Shown here: positions 26,740-40,800 of the stretch, in pieces
Layout of the letters: each line of letters begins with the position of its first letter
Position numbering within the stretch: the stretch's first letter is position 1
NCBI GenBank assembly: GCA_023213395.1
Contig: CM041465.1
Span: forward strand, 248,627,741-248,691,740
Reading direction: 5' to 3'
Origin: Cycas panzhihuaensis
Taxonomy: Eukaryota; Plantae; Cycadophyta
DNA length: 64,000 bases
The notes under the pieces: generated by a model
Seen by the model: only the letters and a program-made list of their open reading frames with translations
Databases searched by the model: none
What the model was told of the DNA's origin: nothing
Translations under genes and position numbers: made by a program

Positions 26740-27900
26740 TCTATAGCACCACCATCTAGGCTATCACTTAATAGAAAAAATTGATTAGACTCTAGGCACT
26801 ACTAGGGGACTTAGGTCATTTGATCTCTAGGTTAAAGAAAGCTGTAATGGATAACTCTCCTTTCTCCTCCTCATTCATGACCTTGGCCCTAGGTGTTTTG
26901 GGGATATCAAAAGGGGATATAGGTTTAGGTATAACTAGAGGGAGGTCAACAAAGACTAGGTCAAAAGCTTTCTCCTTGCCCTTTACACCTATCATAGCCT
27001 ACTGCTCCTTCCTCTTTAGCTTAAGTCTGGTTTGGACCAACACTTTATCTACTGCATGTTGCTTGGGCTTGAGCTTATTAGATAATTTTTTGCTAGCAAT
27101 CTTAATCTAACCATTAAACATTTTAACCACTATTTTCAAGCTATTAGGCTTTACGAGGCTTTATGGTTGCATAGGTTTGTTTAGAGGGTAGTCCTTCACC
27201 CTATGCTCCCTAGAATGGCATTTAAAATAAGACACGAGAATATTGAGATACAAGACCTTCTATATGAGAATAACCTCTTTACACTAGATATGGATATGCA
27301 CTAGTAGGTTTTTGGACATGTCCATCCTAACACATACATGGATGTTCAACCTTGAGGAATATTCTCTATGGGGTTCTAAGGAAATAAAATCTCCTAACAA
27401 TTGCATAAACTCTTTTTTGAAAGTCCAATAATGCTTTAGCAAACTAGGGAAATCCACTTAAATTAGGCATATAAAGGGCACATCCTTATTGATAGAAACT
27501 TAATTTCCTAGCAATTGAACACCATCATATTCCTTCAATATATCTAAGGACATCTACATAACACTTGTTGGGAGGCCTCTAGAGACTTAAATATGAAGGA
27601 GAAAAAGGCCTTAGATAGGTTTTGAATAGAGATCTCCTACTAGAAGACCTTAATGGACAACTTTATCCATTGTTTATTGACTATTTCTCATAGAGTTAGC
27701 CCAATAAAACATTCTATCAATATGTGAGAATACACTTCCTACATAACATTTAACACAACCTTGATATTAAGGGATATAGTTAGGAGTATGGACTTTTACT
27801 GTTATAGACTTTAGGAATGAATATTCTCACTTGCTTCAGCACCATTAAACCCCATTACAGACCAAATTTGGAAGACAAAATGGCTTTGAATTAATTTTCT
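26740..27900 (-). pseudogene. LINE ORF1 (DUF4283-like region + zinc knuckle) relic
   Basis: VDFPSLLKHYW..LGDFI..HVCVRMDMSKNL..KVLYLNILVSYFKCHSREHRVKDYP. Confidence 0.75.
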
Positions 27901-29749
27901 TCAATCACTTTGACAAAGGATCATTTATTTACTGTGAAAATCATATAAGCTCCCAATTTGAAAAAGGTTAATTGATAAATTCTACTAACAAGATAAAATC
28001 CCTAGACTCCACTAAATCTAGGCATAATAAGAATGATTGCCAATAATAACTCACCTGGGTAGGTCTTCAACAGACCATTGTAGGTCCTTAATCTCATGGA
28101 ACTTGATTCATCCCATATTTTAGTCCCCTTTATTAGCTTTTAAAAGTTTTTTTATCAAAATCCATGTGTTGAAGTTATGCTTAGTATGCTAGATGGTTAT
28201 AAATGGGGATGAGGTGTATATATATATCATGATACTAGGTTCTTAAATCTATAATGATATTATTATTAAATTGATTTAATAGACAAATATTTATACATGT
28301 GGTGCACTAAAAAAATATTACATATAAGGATTTTTGTGTTGAGTCTACATCCTGATTATAGGTATAGAATAAGGTCATGACAAACTTGAAGTGAGTATTT
28401 TTAGGATTCAGATGTAGGGTTGATCATATTGCTATGGTGATGTATTATAGCTTGTTGTTAGTTGTATGAAGCCAACATAATAGAGTCAAGGATGTCCATA
28501 TAAGGACCCACATTGAGGTCACCCTCAAATAGTACATGGCATATTATCAATAATCTACACTTGTCTTGCCTTCTTCATCTTTCCTTATGTTCTTCATCTT
28601 CTTCACCTTTTGTCATAACTTACCTTAATGTAGTTCATTTTATTTAGTTTTGTTTATTGTGCATTGTATGCAAGGTGGAATCTATTTTGTACTTTGGTAA
28701 GTATGAGGGTCCACCACATTATTTACTTATTCATCCTTGTAACTTGGAAGTCTATTTCTTGCTCCACTAGGTGTTAAGATATATCATTTAATGATTTTTA
28801 AGTAGGTAGCTTATGCATATTAGTTATGATTACAACATGCTTATATTTCGTTATAACACTCTACATTGATACAATATATTCACTTTGTTGTGACTTGCAT
28901 GAATACAAAAGCCAACCAAATTACTTCTAGAAAAAAAAAAGAGGGAGCAAATGATATGAATGGAGGAAGAATAAAGGGCCATGGCTAGTTGTAATCATTG
29001 TAACTAAGTACACATACTTATAAGCATCCTTGAGATATTAAATTTAGTTGACAGAAATAATTTGAAAAGAAAGATTTTGCTAAGTAAAAGAATAGGTTTC
29101 AAACCTTCCAACGAGTGGCGGAAGTCCCAAAATGGACAAACTCATTAGTTGTAAATTTGGAAAAAAACTTTATTAAGATGATAATTTGAAGTAATAGAAT
29201 ACTATCTCAAATTATTTTTTATACTTAAATAAATTTCCCATGATGAAGAGTATGTTGAGAGCTCTCTAACAAGTGATAGAACTCCAAAATTGTGCATCAT
29301 ATAAGAAAGTTATAGTCATTTGAATTTACCTCTACAAAAACTCTTCCAAGATTTAAATACTATGTGCATCTATCAAAATGTAAAGTAAAGTTATTAAAAT
29401 AATGAAATATTCAATCACACAAGAACAAAACTAAGATGTACAAAGGTTCATAGGCAAATTTATCACTTCGTGAGGCTCCAATCTGGAGAGCTTCTATATT
29501 AACAATGAATCAATACATAAATAAAGTGAATGGGACTTAATTTATAAGCATATCACTAAAGTTTACTATAATATAATTGGTTGACATATTAGCACAATCA
29601 ATGGACCTGGCATATTTATAAATTATGATTAAATTACAAATGAGGATCGCATAATATTATAGAAATATACACAAATACATGCATAATACATGGTAATGAA
29701 GGTGACATTATTAGTTTTAACACCCTCTATTAATAGTAGCTTCATTACA

Positions 29750-32700
29750 TTTGATGCCAAAGTTGTGTAAAACTCATTCAAACTCAGGTTTTCCAAGTGA
29801 TTTGGTGAAGATATCTATAATATAGCCCTCAGTTGGTCAGTGAACTTAATCGATGAAGTCATTGAGAGGTTACTACAAGAGAACTTCTTTTATGAGCTTT
29901 CCATTTGGGAAGGCAGTCTTCAATACCAAATGAGCTTTATGATGATTAATAGGGCCATTACCATGAATCTTGCTTTATAAAGACTTTTATAATCAATGTG
30001 CTTCCTTCCAGGTGACACATCTGTTAGCTCCTAAGTTTTATTTTTGAGGATGGAGCTCATCTCTTCATCTATGGCTACTTTCCACATTTGGTCTTTGACT
30101 ACCTCCTTAAATGTGGAAAGCTTAGGGGTTTCCAAGGCATGTGCCATTATGATAAAATTGGTAGCATGTATCATCTTTGATGGTCTTTTGGAAATTGTGG
30201 GAGGAGGAGGAGAATCTTTTAATAATTATTGAACCCACTTAGGAGCTGGCTAAATGTTGGTGGCTTTCACATAAAGGTCATCAGCTGAAATAGGTGGCAT
30301 AGTTATATTTGCTTATATTATAGAAGTGGAGACTATTAGAATTGATAAAGGACCTGGTGTATAGGAGGCTGGTACTAGTGGCTCTAGAATTTATCCAAGA
30401 GGCACTTGAGATGCACCAACTTCATCTACTACTACAAACTAAATTTAAGATGAATTCAAGTCTTGTGTATCTTCTACAAAGATATCATCCTGAGTTGTAT
30501 ATACATAGTTCTTAATAATGTTGAATACCTTGTAGGCTTTGCAACTAAGTACATGGCCAAGGAAGATATACTTAAGGCTTTTATAATTAAGCTTCTTTTT
30601 ATTCTCCTTTAGAACAAGTTTGTATGTTGTGCATCTAAATGTTTTCTAGTGTGCAATAGTTGGTTTAACTCCTAACCAAGCTTCCTCAAGAGTGATATTC
30701 CTAACTGTAATTGTAGGACTCTTGTTAGTTAGGTATACAATAGTCATAATTACATTAGCCCAAGATCTAGTGGTTAGGTTGGCAATATTTAGCATGGTTT
30801 TTCCTTTATTGATCAATGTTTAGTTCATTCTCCTAGCTATACCATTTTGTTATAGTATGTGAGGTGCTAAAAATTGGCATTTAATTCCATGTTCCTTGCA
30901 AAAATTAGTGAATTGATTGGAAATGTATTTGCCATCATTGTCAGATATGAGTATCTTGGTGGTCATACCACTCTCATTTGCTACCTCAACTTTGAACTCC
31001 TTGAATTTATCTAGGGCTTGGTACTTATTTCTCAAGAAGTAAACCCAAACTTTCCTAGAATAATCATCTATAAATATCATGAAATATAAGCTACCATTGA
31101 GTGATTGTATTGATAGAGGCCCATAAATATCTGAGTAGACCAACTTTAATAATTGGGAGGCTCTCCATACATTCTTAGATAGGAATTTTTCTCTTTATTT
31201 CTTTCCCACAAGGTATGCCTCATAAATGTTATTGCATCTCTTAATCTTAGCTAAGCCATATACCATATGAAGCCTTGACATGAGGTTTAAACTTTGGATA
31301 TTCAAGTGACTAAGGCATTCATGCCATAACTAGTCTCTAGCACTATTGGAGATAGATTATTCATTTGAGTAGGAGTATTCACCTATTTCTTAGATAGAAT
31401 GGAAGTCTTCCATTATGACATCTTTCCACTTATCGAGTTGTACACTTTGGGCTATTAAGCATGATATTATTGGTGGATTGATAGCCATAAGAATACTATA
31501 AAGCTTGTATAAGTCATTTTCTTCATGATTTATTATTATAAGTTATCTAGTTTCATGATCCATAATGGTATAAATGCCCTAACCAAAGAGGACATCCAAA
31601 TTCTACTTGTTTATTTGGCTTCCTAAAAGCATATTTATTTTCATGCCTAGAACTTAAAACTCATTATTGATATAATGCCTTATGTTAGAGTCTTTCAATG
31701 CTCTTGGGGCCCTTCCAATTTTAGTCACATTATATATCAAGATATAATTAAATATTATTATTTATATGCTAATTGGATAGGTCTCCTCCAACATATTTTT
31801 TATGATAATCATGTGGCAAGTGGCACCTCAGTCAAGAAGCCATGAGTTATCACCATGCTAAGATGACAATGCTATAAAGAATAGGTTTTTTGAGGAGGTG
31901 TCTTAGGCATCTACCACATGGCCTCCTTACTAATTATTGGGGTTCCTTTGATTCCTAGATAAGAACCACTACCTGTTCCATTGTCATTGACTCTGAGTGG
32001 GTCTTGGGTTCCAATTTTGTTGATAGAATTGGCTTGGTTGTTGGAATGATGGCCCTCCTTGTGGATAGATAGGGCCTTCTTATTATGGAATAGGATATCC
32101 TTATTAGAAGTATGGGGCGCCTTATTGTAGAATGTGGCCTCCTTATTGTGGATAAGGGGCTCCTTATGTGGGGTATGGTCCTCCTTATTGATAGTTTTAT
32201 CCTTGTTGTTAATAGCTTTATCTACCTTATTGATAGTTGAGTGGTCTTTGTGGATAAAATAGGGTTACTTGTTAAGAATATAGGGCTACTTATTGGAAGT
32301 TAGGCCCATAAGGTTGGCTCCCTTAATTTTGTAATATTTATAGATCAGTTTTACATCTCCTACATTCAATAGTAAGGTAGTCAGTTTTTCCATAGCATAA
32401 GCATATGACATTGTATCTACTCTATTGATTCTTTTTTGTTTAAGGCTAGGTGGTTACTTGGACTACTAAGGCTATTAACTTTAGCTATAAATCCAAGGGT
32501 GGAGTCAAAGGTAGATGTTACACTTAGTTGATTAAGAATGTTCTCTTCTCTTAGCAGAAGCTCCTCAAAGGTGATAAAATCTATTTCTATATAGTTATTA
32601 TGGAGTTTAAAAATAAAGCTATTATATTCAATTGGGAGAATATTGAGAATACTAGATATAAGATCATGGTCTAAAGGAGGTTCTCTTAAGATTATTAATT

Positions 32701-33136
32701 AATTTCTAATGGCCTTTACTTTGATCAGATGGGTAGTGATATTTCTTACAAAGGGGATGGAAAAAATATGTGCTTTGAGAGTTAAGGATATTAACTTATC
32801 TTTCCTCTTATAGAGAGTACAATGGATGGCCCATGATTCATTAGAGGCTTTGGCTATTTTTATGTTCTAGTCCACTTGGTCTTCTACCACCAAGTAGAGG
32901 AAGGACAAGGCTATGCTATCCTTAGCTTTAAATTTAGCTAAGATAATAGCATTTGGTGTAATTATGATACTAGAATCATTTAAGTCTTAGGTTGGTGTAG
33001 GAAAGGAAATGCTAGCATTGACATAGGCCCAAAAGTCATTCATAATTAATAGTTTTTTTACTTGTTTCTTCCAAGGGATAAAGTTGTTAAGGCCATTGAG
33101 TTTGATGGTATTTGATAACAATATTTATAATGCCAT
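29750..33136 (-). pseudogene. gag-pol: copia gag-pol relic of D
   Basis: gag LNGLNNFIPWKKQV; zinc knuckle; protease WLLD*GATCHM; GAG-pre-integrase WHECLSHLN; integrase VYSDIYGP..FIDDYSRKVWVYFL (ORF 30850-31143); RT/RH fragments KAHLVLK/TAFPNG/DIFTKSL. Confidence 0.9.
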
Positions 33137-33575
33137 TTTCTAAGTGTTTTTTAGTTTTGGGTTTTAAGTTTTAAGTGCTTGTATACTAATCTACCTAGGG
33201 GCTATTAATTTAGAATTCTAAGTTTTATGATCTCCAAGAAAGTTCTTAGTTACTATCCTATCTAGTGGTGCTTACCCACAAGTGGCAAACTAGGGACCTT
33301 ATATATTAGTACATGATCTCAAGGCTCTATATACCTTAGTACATAGACTATTATAAAGGTCAAAGACCCCTTTAATTTATGGATCCACCTGCACTGGACT
33401 TATACCTAGTGATAGATTAAGTGGTGAGAACTTAACAACTAAAGCACTCACCCCCTCTAGGTCTAGCCTAGTCTCCAATCACCAAAGGAAAGTTTACCAC
33501 TTCATCCTACCACTTTATACACCTTATAGCTAATGGTTTTCTCAACAAATTAGAGAAATACTAAAGACATGTGTG

Positions 33576-33793
33576 AAAGGGAATAGTTAGAACCCCTAGA
33601 TCCTCGAAGTATTATTAATTTAGGATTATCTTGATTAATATTTCAAGTTAAATATTGATTTGAATGTGAGTTTCTTATAAAAAAGGGAATAGTCAAGACC
33701 CTTAGACCCATGAAGTCTTATTAATTCAAGATTATCTTGATTAATGTTTCAAGTTAAATATTGATTTTAAGATGAGTTTCTTACAAATAAGGG
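33576..33793. repeat. Tandem duplication, 2 x ~106 bp, in the 5' UTR of D
   Basis: AAAGGGAATAG..GATTATCTTGATTAAT.TTTCAAGTTAAATATTGATTT..GAGTTTCTTA starts at 33576 and again at 33682. Confidence 0.9.
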
Positions 33794-36700
33794 TTTTTTT
33801 TAGTAAGGAAAACTTAAAAAAAGAAAGAAAATATAAAACTTAAAAGGAAATTGAATGGTTTAGAGAGCTCTTTGAGAGCGCTTATACCAAGAACGTCCAC
33901 CTTAATCTCCAAGGAAAACACCTATAGAAAACCAACCACAAGCACTTTACTTGCCCAAAAAATAGATTAGAACAATTAACTGGCAATCAACAATAGTATA
34001 AAGTAGCAAAAAGCCTTATAAAAAACTGAGTTTAAGCCTTTAAGTGATGAGAGAATACTTAAGAATGCTAAAAATATTAACCGACTTTAGCAAGATGAAA
34101 GTCCTATAAATTAAACTTAAATCAAGCTCAAACTGACTTTAAGTTATAGCCATATGACTTATCTTTCTAATGGTTTAGACAACCCTTGATTCTAATCCTG
34201 ATTGGAAAGATATAAAGGAAATTGTAATAGGTACTCTCTATGAGCTGAAAAAAGTGAAGATTGGGCTTAAGTCCCTTTGCAAGTTTGGCCCTCAGTCACT
34301 ATACTATGGCATGTGACCACCCACTAAAGAGCTATAAGGAGCTACATACTTCAAATCACAATGAAATATAGCCTAAACTTTTTGTAAATACAAAAAATAT
34401 AAAATATACTTAAGTTTATTTGAGATTTGTCCCTTTATACTAAAAATATGATCATATGGGTACTCAATATGACCAAATTAGAACCTCTTTTAACTAGATT
34501 TTAATAAAAAGATCAGATTCAACTTAATGCAACTTAACTTTATTAAAAATAAAGTTAATATATATAAAAAATTAATTAGAAGGTAAGTTGTGAATCTCCA
34601 TGGCCTATGCATAAGTTTGGGCAACTTTTTTGTGTCCCATGCTCTCAAATAGAGACCAAAACTCAATCAACTTCGAACGTGCTTATTAATAACCATATCT
34701 ATAGCCTATGACACCCACTTTTAACTGGATTCAAAGCTCGAATAAAGAAAAATTACATTAAGTAAAGTCACGGTAGCTCATGGAGGTTAAATAAATGCTT
34801 GGGGCTACAAATGAGTAAATAGACTTAGAAAATCTCTATGAAACTACCTACAATAGGGTTTGAGTAGCCTTAAAGGACTACTTGAATCAATAGAACTTCA
34901 TTTGGATGCGAGATATAACCTACACAAACAAGTTAAGGTTGAAGAATGGGCCAAAATAGAGATGTTTTAGCAAAAAATAGAACTGAGAGTTGTGTGGTTT
35001 ACAATGAACTTGAAACTCAACAAATGCATGCTAATATGATCTCAATATCACTAGTAGTGGCTTCAAATTAACTAGAGGCCACCCAATATTGAGAAAAAAA
35101 AAACTAAAAAAATATGGGAATAAGGTGTTGTTATAAGCAAATGAGCCTCAATTTCTCACTTGTTTCTCAAAATAACACTAAACAGAGCATATAGTGGCTC
35201 TGATACCATGCAAAAACTCTTCCAAGATCTAAATACTATCTACATCTATCAAAATACAATGTTAAACTATTATAATAATGAAATAGTTAATCACATAAGA
35301 GTAAAACTAAGATGCGCAAAGGTTCACAGATGAATTTGTCACTGCGATAGGCTCCAATCTAGATTAGCTTCTGCATTAACAATGAATCAATGTATAAATG
35401 AAGTGAGTGGGGCTTAATTTATAAGTGTACCAAAAATGTTTATAATAATATAATTGGCTAACATATCAACACAAGCGGTAGGCCCAACATATTTACAAAC
35501 TATGATTAAATTACAAATGAGAATCGCCTAACATTACACAAATATACATAAATACATGGTAATGAAGGTGACATTATTAGTTTTAACAATCTCTTCATGT
35601 CAAAATTTTTAAGTCAAAACCTTCATGTTAAAACTTTTATGTCAAAATTTCTTGGTTGAAAATTTTCATGTTGAATTCTCTTTATGACTATATTAGCCTC
35701 ATCATAAAGAGTAAATCTCTTAATAGAAAATAACACTTCACTAAAATGGTCATAACTCTCTTAATATTTGGTTGTTTTCCTTGCTCCACCTATCAATCCA
35801 TTTTTTTTTATAGAGCTATCCCTGTATACAAAAATATTTTATGTTTAGAAAATATTTCAGTTGATATTTTTATATTTTCTCATAAAGTTGATTTAGTTAA
35901 GTGAAAATTCACCTCTAGACAACCTTCTACTAATTTTGTGATATCTCACTTATCTAAAGTTAGATTTAGGAAATTTTAATTATGTTGGAATGCTAATTCA
36001 AAAGTGTTCATCCCATGTAGTTAAATTTAATTATGCACACATGTAAAGTATGTCCATTATCCTAAAATATAGAAAAAGTATGTAGTGCTCGTATAAAGAG
36101 TAGTTGACAAATTTTCACTATTTCATTTATAATTGCTAGCTAATTGATAAATTTTTGCCAAATTGATCTTATTAGAATCATAATAAAATCATCTTAACAC
36201 TTGGACAATTGGGGCTAATTAAAGGCCTATCTACATTACAATATTCTAGGAAACATAAGTAGCTGGTAGTTAATAGTTAAGAGTACAAGCCATTCTTAGC
36301 AACTAATATTTTAGCCACTAAGTCCCACATCTTCCACGTAGCATTAATGATACTTGGAAAAAGAATTGAATGTAGCAAAAAGATGAATCTAAGGTGGGGG
36401 GGTGGGTGTTAGAGGGACACATGTAGAGATATAGGAAAATCCATAAAATAAATAGAGAAGTATTATAGAGTTTTAGTCAAGTGTAACCAAGAGAACTTAA
36501 GAGGGCATTTATGTAAAGAGATTGATAGAGAATAGGGTAATTTCATAGTAGAAGCTTATTTTAGATTATGTGTTAGTTTGCACATTATTTATGGGCTATC
36601 TCAACCTTGTATAATGGCATGCTTGGTGTATTTTAGATCCTTAAGGATAAGTTGCAATACTAATCTCCTTGAACTACTATTATTGGGTACAATATTTTCT

Positions 36701-37884
36701 TATGTGGTAGGATATTGAGTTAATTGCTCCCTTACACTTTGGCATTGGATGTATTTAGTAAGGTAGTTATGTAATTGCTCCTCCTTAATCATTAATTAGG
36801 AAATAATTTTAATTTGGTTACTCTCCATAAGCTCTTTATATATATAGTATTGAGTTGGTTGCTTCACCTATAGGTTATGGAAAGACAAGGGGTTTAAGTG
36901 GTTACTTTCCTTTAACTTAGTTGCACTGTATAAGTTTATGAGAGGTGTGTGGTAAAATATACTAGTCCCTTGAGATTATATTTCTACAGATCTCTTAGTG
37001 ACTTGACATCGTTGGTCTAATTAGCATAACAACCATGCCTTAAGAAGAAACAAATCTTATTATGTGAAACTAATGATTCTTTAAGAAAAGGTATACTTAC
37101 ATGCAATACTAGTAGCTTTGAGACAACTTTTTCTATCCAAGGTTTTATATAAAAAAGCCTTAAAGCATCTACTAATAAATCAACCTAAAAGTGTTGTATG
37201 AAAAGTGGGAAACTAATACTCTCCTATTAATATGATCTGCTCTAACTTTAGGGCACTTTCCTATGTAGGATTAGGGGTGGTTGGGAGGTGAATCCTTTTA
37301 CTATAATTTAATTGGCTAGCTTCACCTATTATTACAACTCAAATACTTTGTTCCATAGTGTAAGATGTTTTATATACTATTGCTCTCTTAGTTGGATATA
37401 TAGCTTGGCTTATGGTAAATTCTTGCATCAATATTTAGTTATAATTACTTACAATTTTGATACAACTCTTGGTTATAACAGAAAGGATTATATATATGAA
37501 TGTTAAGCACCTATCTGATTTGGGTTTACATGTATACTTGGGTGTTTATTCCAGTGTATATGACTCTCATAAAAGCCTTTATAAATTCAAGATTAGTATA
37601 TAGTTGAGTGCTAGAATTATTTAAAATTCTTAATGCATTGCCCTTGTGTTCTTCATCACACTACATTCAAGCTTGTTAAGGTAGGTTGGGGTGTTATAGT
37701 TGGTATTAGAGCCTAGGTTTAGAAGGCTACCAAATACCACCTTTGACATAATAAACATAAAGTTTATATGTTTTGATAAACTACAACATTACCTAGTTAT
37801 TCTTCATTTTTCTAAAATAAAGTTTAATAAAATACTAAATTAAGATATAAATGTAATGATAGTAGAAAATGGACAGGTTTAAAG

Positions 37885-40800
37885 ATGACTCCAAACTAGC
37901 CTAAGAAGGTCAAGGTAATCTAAACATTAGTGAAACATAGGTGGAGATGCTTCCATGACTAAGAGATAGACTAGGCATAGATATTTCAAAGCCCCATGTT
38001 AGAGATTGTGTTAGACATACAAGAATAAGTAAGGAGTTATAAAGAAGACAATAAGAGGATCCTAAGGAACCATAAGACTATGATTAATAACATCTAGAGG
38101 ATGATGAATCAGGAAAGGTTTGAAAGAGCTAGGAATAGGAGGAGCAATGGATAAACAAATAGGTTCCAAAAACCCTCTGCGTGGGAGTATCAAAGTAGAA
38201 GAACTAGGAGGACAATAAGAGAAGTCAATAGAGAGCATTAGTCCTACAAAACTCCATCCTCTAATGGAACCCTAAAATTAAGATTAGGACATAAGGAACG
38301 GAGAAAAAGAGGTGATATACTCCAATATAAAATAAGAAAGGTAAAACCTCCTACTTTTGATGGAAACATGAAAAATGAAGGAAAAATATAAGCCTAGCTC
38401 CTAAACATTGGCAATTACTTTAGTTTGAATGATTTCCACTCCAATGTAAAGGTAAGAATAACAATTTCTAATCTGAAAGAAAAATAATCTTTGTGGTGGG
38501 ATTACCATAAGAAAATAAAGGGTTCTCAAGAAATAGGCTTGAGATGGAGTAAGTTTGTGAAATGCTTCAAACATAAGTATTTATTAGAATAGTATTATAA
38601 TAAAAAGACAGAAGCATTCCATGAATTAAAATAAGGAGGAATGTTGATGTATATGAAAGGGAATTTATGAAGTTGTTATAGTACGTGCCTTATATACAAG
38701 AGGATAAGGTGAAGGTGCATAGGTTCCTCAATCAACTTAATGAAGGGATACAAACTAGAATCAAGATATTGGGAGTGAAGACTTTGGAGGAGACCATGTG
38801 TAAGGCCAAACACAATGAGAATCAGTGGAGAAGGCTACATGATAATCCTATTAGATGAAAGGAGAAGAAACTGATGAAATCAAAACAATAAAGAAGAAAT
38901 TTCAAACCTCTCATCAATTTAGCCAAGGAGGAAAAATTCTCAATCCCCTATAAGGTAACATAAAGCCAAACGTACCCATTACAAACATCTCAAAAAGCCA
39001 AGCTATAGAATGGCGTGATATATATAATGAGAGAGGATGGATATTTTGTTATACAACATCCCCAAATAACTAGTGCAAGTGAAAGAGTACACAAGATGGA
39101 AATGGAGCCTATTATGCTATACATAACCAAAGACACAAGGCAGATGTTTGTAGAAGAAATAATTAAGGGAAAATAGGCTAATTGTCTATTCACAATGGTG
39201 CAACCAGAAGGTAATATTGTTGGTTAAGACCTTACATTATTAATTGATTTTAGAAATAGTTATAATGTTATAAATCCAAAATTTACTAAAAAATATAAAC
39301 TTTAAAGGTAACTTCATATAAAAAATGGATTATTCAAATTCCTAATAGTAATAAAAAAAATGACAAAATTTGTGTCATCATATCCTCTTGAATGGTAAAC
39401 TTAGTCCACAAAAGTCACGTTCTAAACTCTTCCATTAAGACACTATGATACCACTATTAGCATGGAATGGCTAGAAGCACATCATGCCAAAGTTGATTAT
39501 TATCATAAGCTAATTCAATATTTAGATGATTTAGGAAAATTAGCAATTGTACAAAGGAATAAGATCACAACTTGTATGCAATAAATTTTTGCTACACAAG
39601 TAAACAAATAGGTGAGGAAAGGTTGTAAGGCATATGTAACCCATATGACCAAAGAAGAAGCCCATTAAGGATTAACTCTAGATGATCCTCTTATTTCATA
39701 AGACTTTAGAGATGTTTTCTAAGATGAACTACCTTGATTATCTCTAAAAAGATATGTAGATTATGCTATAGAGCTTTTTCCTAAATTGGGGTTAGTTTCC
39801 AAAGCTCCATATAGATCAGCCACAACTTAGTTATCTAAATTAAAAAGGTAGCTATAAGAGATATTAAACAAAGGGCTTATCAAACAAAGTACATTACCAT
39901 AGGAAGTTTCAATATTATTTATGAAGAAAAAGGATGGATCTCTTAGTCTATGTATTCATTATAAATAGTTAAATAAGGCTACTATAATAAACAAAATATT
40001 TGACTAGATAAGAGGAGAAGTAGTGTTCATAAGATTTATCTAAGGTCCTATTACTACGAGATCAAAAATTATTAAAATATGTGATAATTACATATATGTA
40101 ATATTTAATATGCATGGTATACATATATATCATCCCACCATTCATATACATCAAGATATGTGAGATGCACACATATCTATGTAATACTATATTGGTTGAT
40201 GTAAAGGCTCACATCATATCATAGGTTACTCATGAGGTGAATCATATTATTAATATATACACACACCACTTGAGTACTTGAGAAATAATAGAGAATAATT
40301 GAAGACATAGAGATGTAATCTTTATGATCATAAGAGGAGTCCTAACTCCACCTTCTCCTATGCCTTTTTTCATATTAGGTTTTCTACATATAAATTTTGG
40401 TGTCTTTCTTTTTTGGTAAATACATACTTGATGCTTATGATACTTGTTGCATACTTGACATGTTTGATGTTTACTTTACATATTCATTTACTTATGTACA
40501 TATCTCACGAGTCAATTCTACTTATATATTTCAATAGAATTAAGGATGAAGGCATCTTTAAGACAACATTTATAATAACGTACAACTACTATAAATTTGT
40601 TGTAATGCCTTTTGGTCTAACTAATGTACCATCCACTTTTATATGCATAATGAATACTATATTTAGACAATATCTAGACAAATTTGTTGTGGTTTTTATT
40701 GATGATATATTAGTCTACTCTAAGACAAGGGAGGAACATTAGGAGAACTTATGGATAGTGGTATAATTGCTTAGAGAACACAAGCTATATATGAAATTCA

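Larger units (their letters stand above)
22879..28120 (-). mobile_element. L1-clade LINE, degenerate, carrying ORF1 and ORF2
   Basis: ORF1 and ORF2 relics on the minus strand. A-rich tail (TTTTTTATTTTT on +, 22879-22890) follows an AATGAA-like signal. 5' end approximate; no TSD found. Confidence 0.85.
29333..35588 (-). mobile_element. Element D: Ty1/copia LTR retrotransposon with internal RT/RH deletions
   Basis: LTRs 29333-29722 and 35209-35588. TSD ACCTC/ATCTC. Perfect PBS (GCTCTGATACCA on +, 35197-35208). PPT 29723-29731. Confidence 0.93.
28499..37698 (+). repeat. 5' LTR of C (~2.9 kb net, interrupted by D at 29333-35588)
   Basis: TATAAGGACCCA.. matches TGTAAGGACCCA at 43040. 28990-29325 matches 62500-62850 and 35589-36210 matches 63375-64000. 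Ends GGGGTGTTATA before the PBS. Confidence 0.88.
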
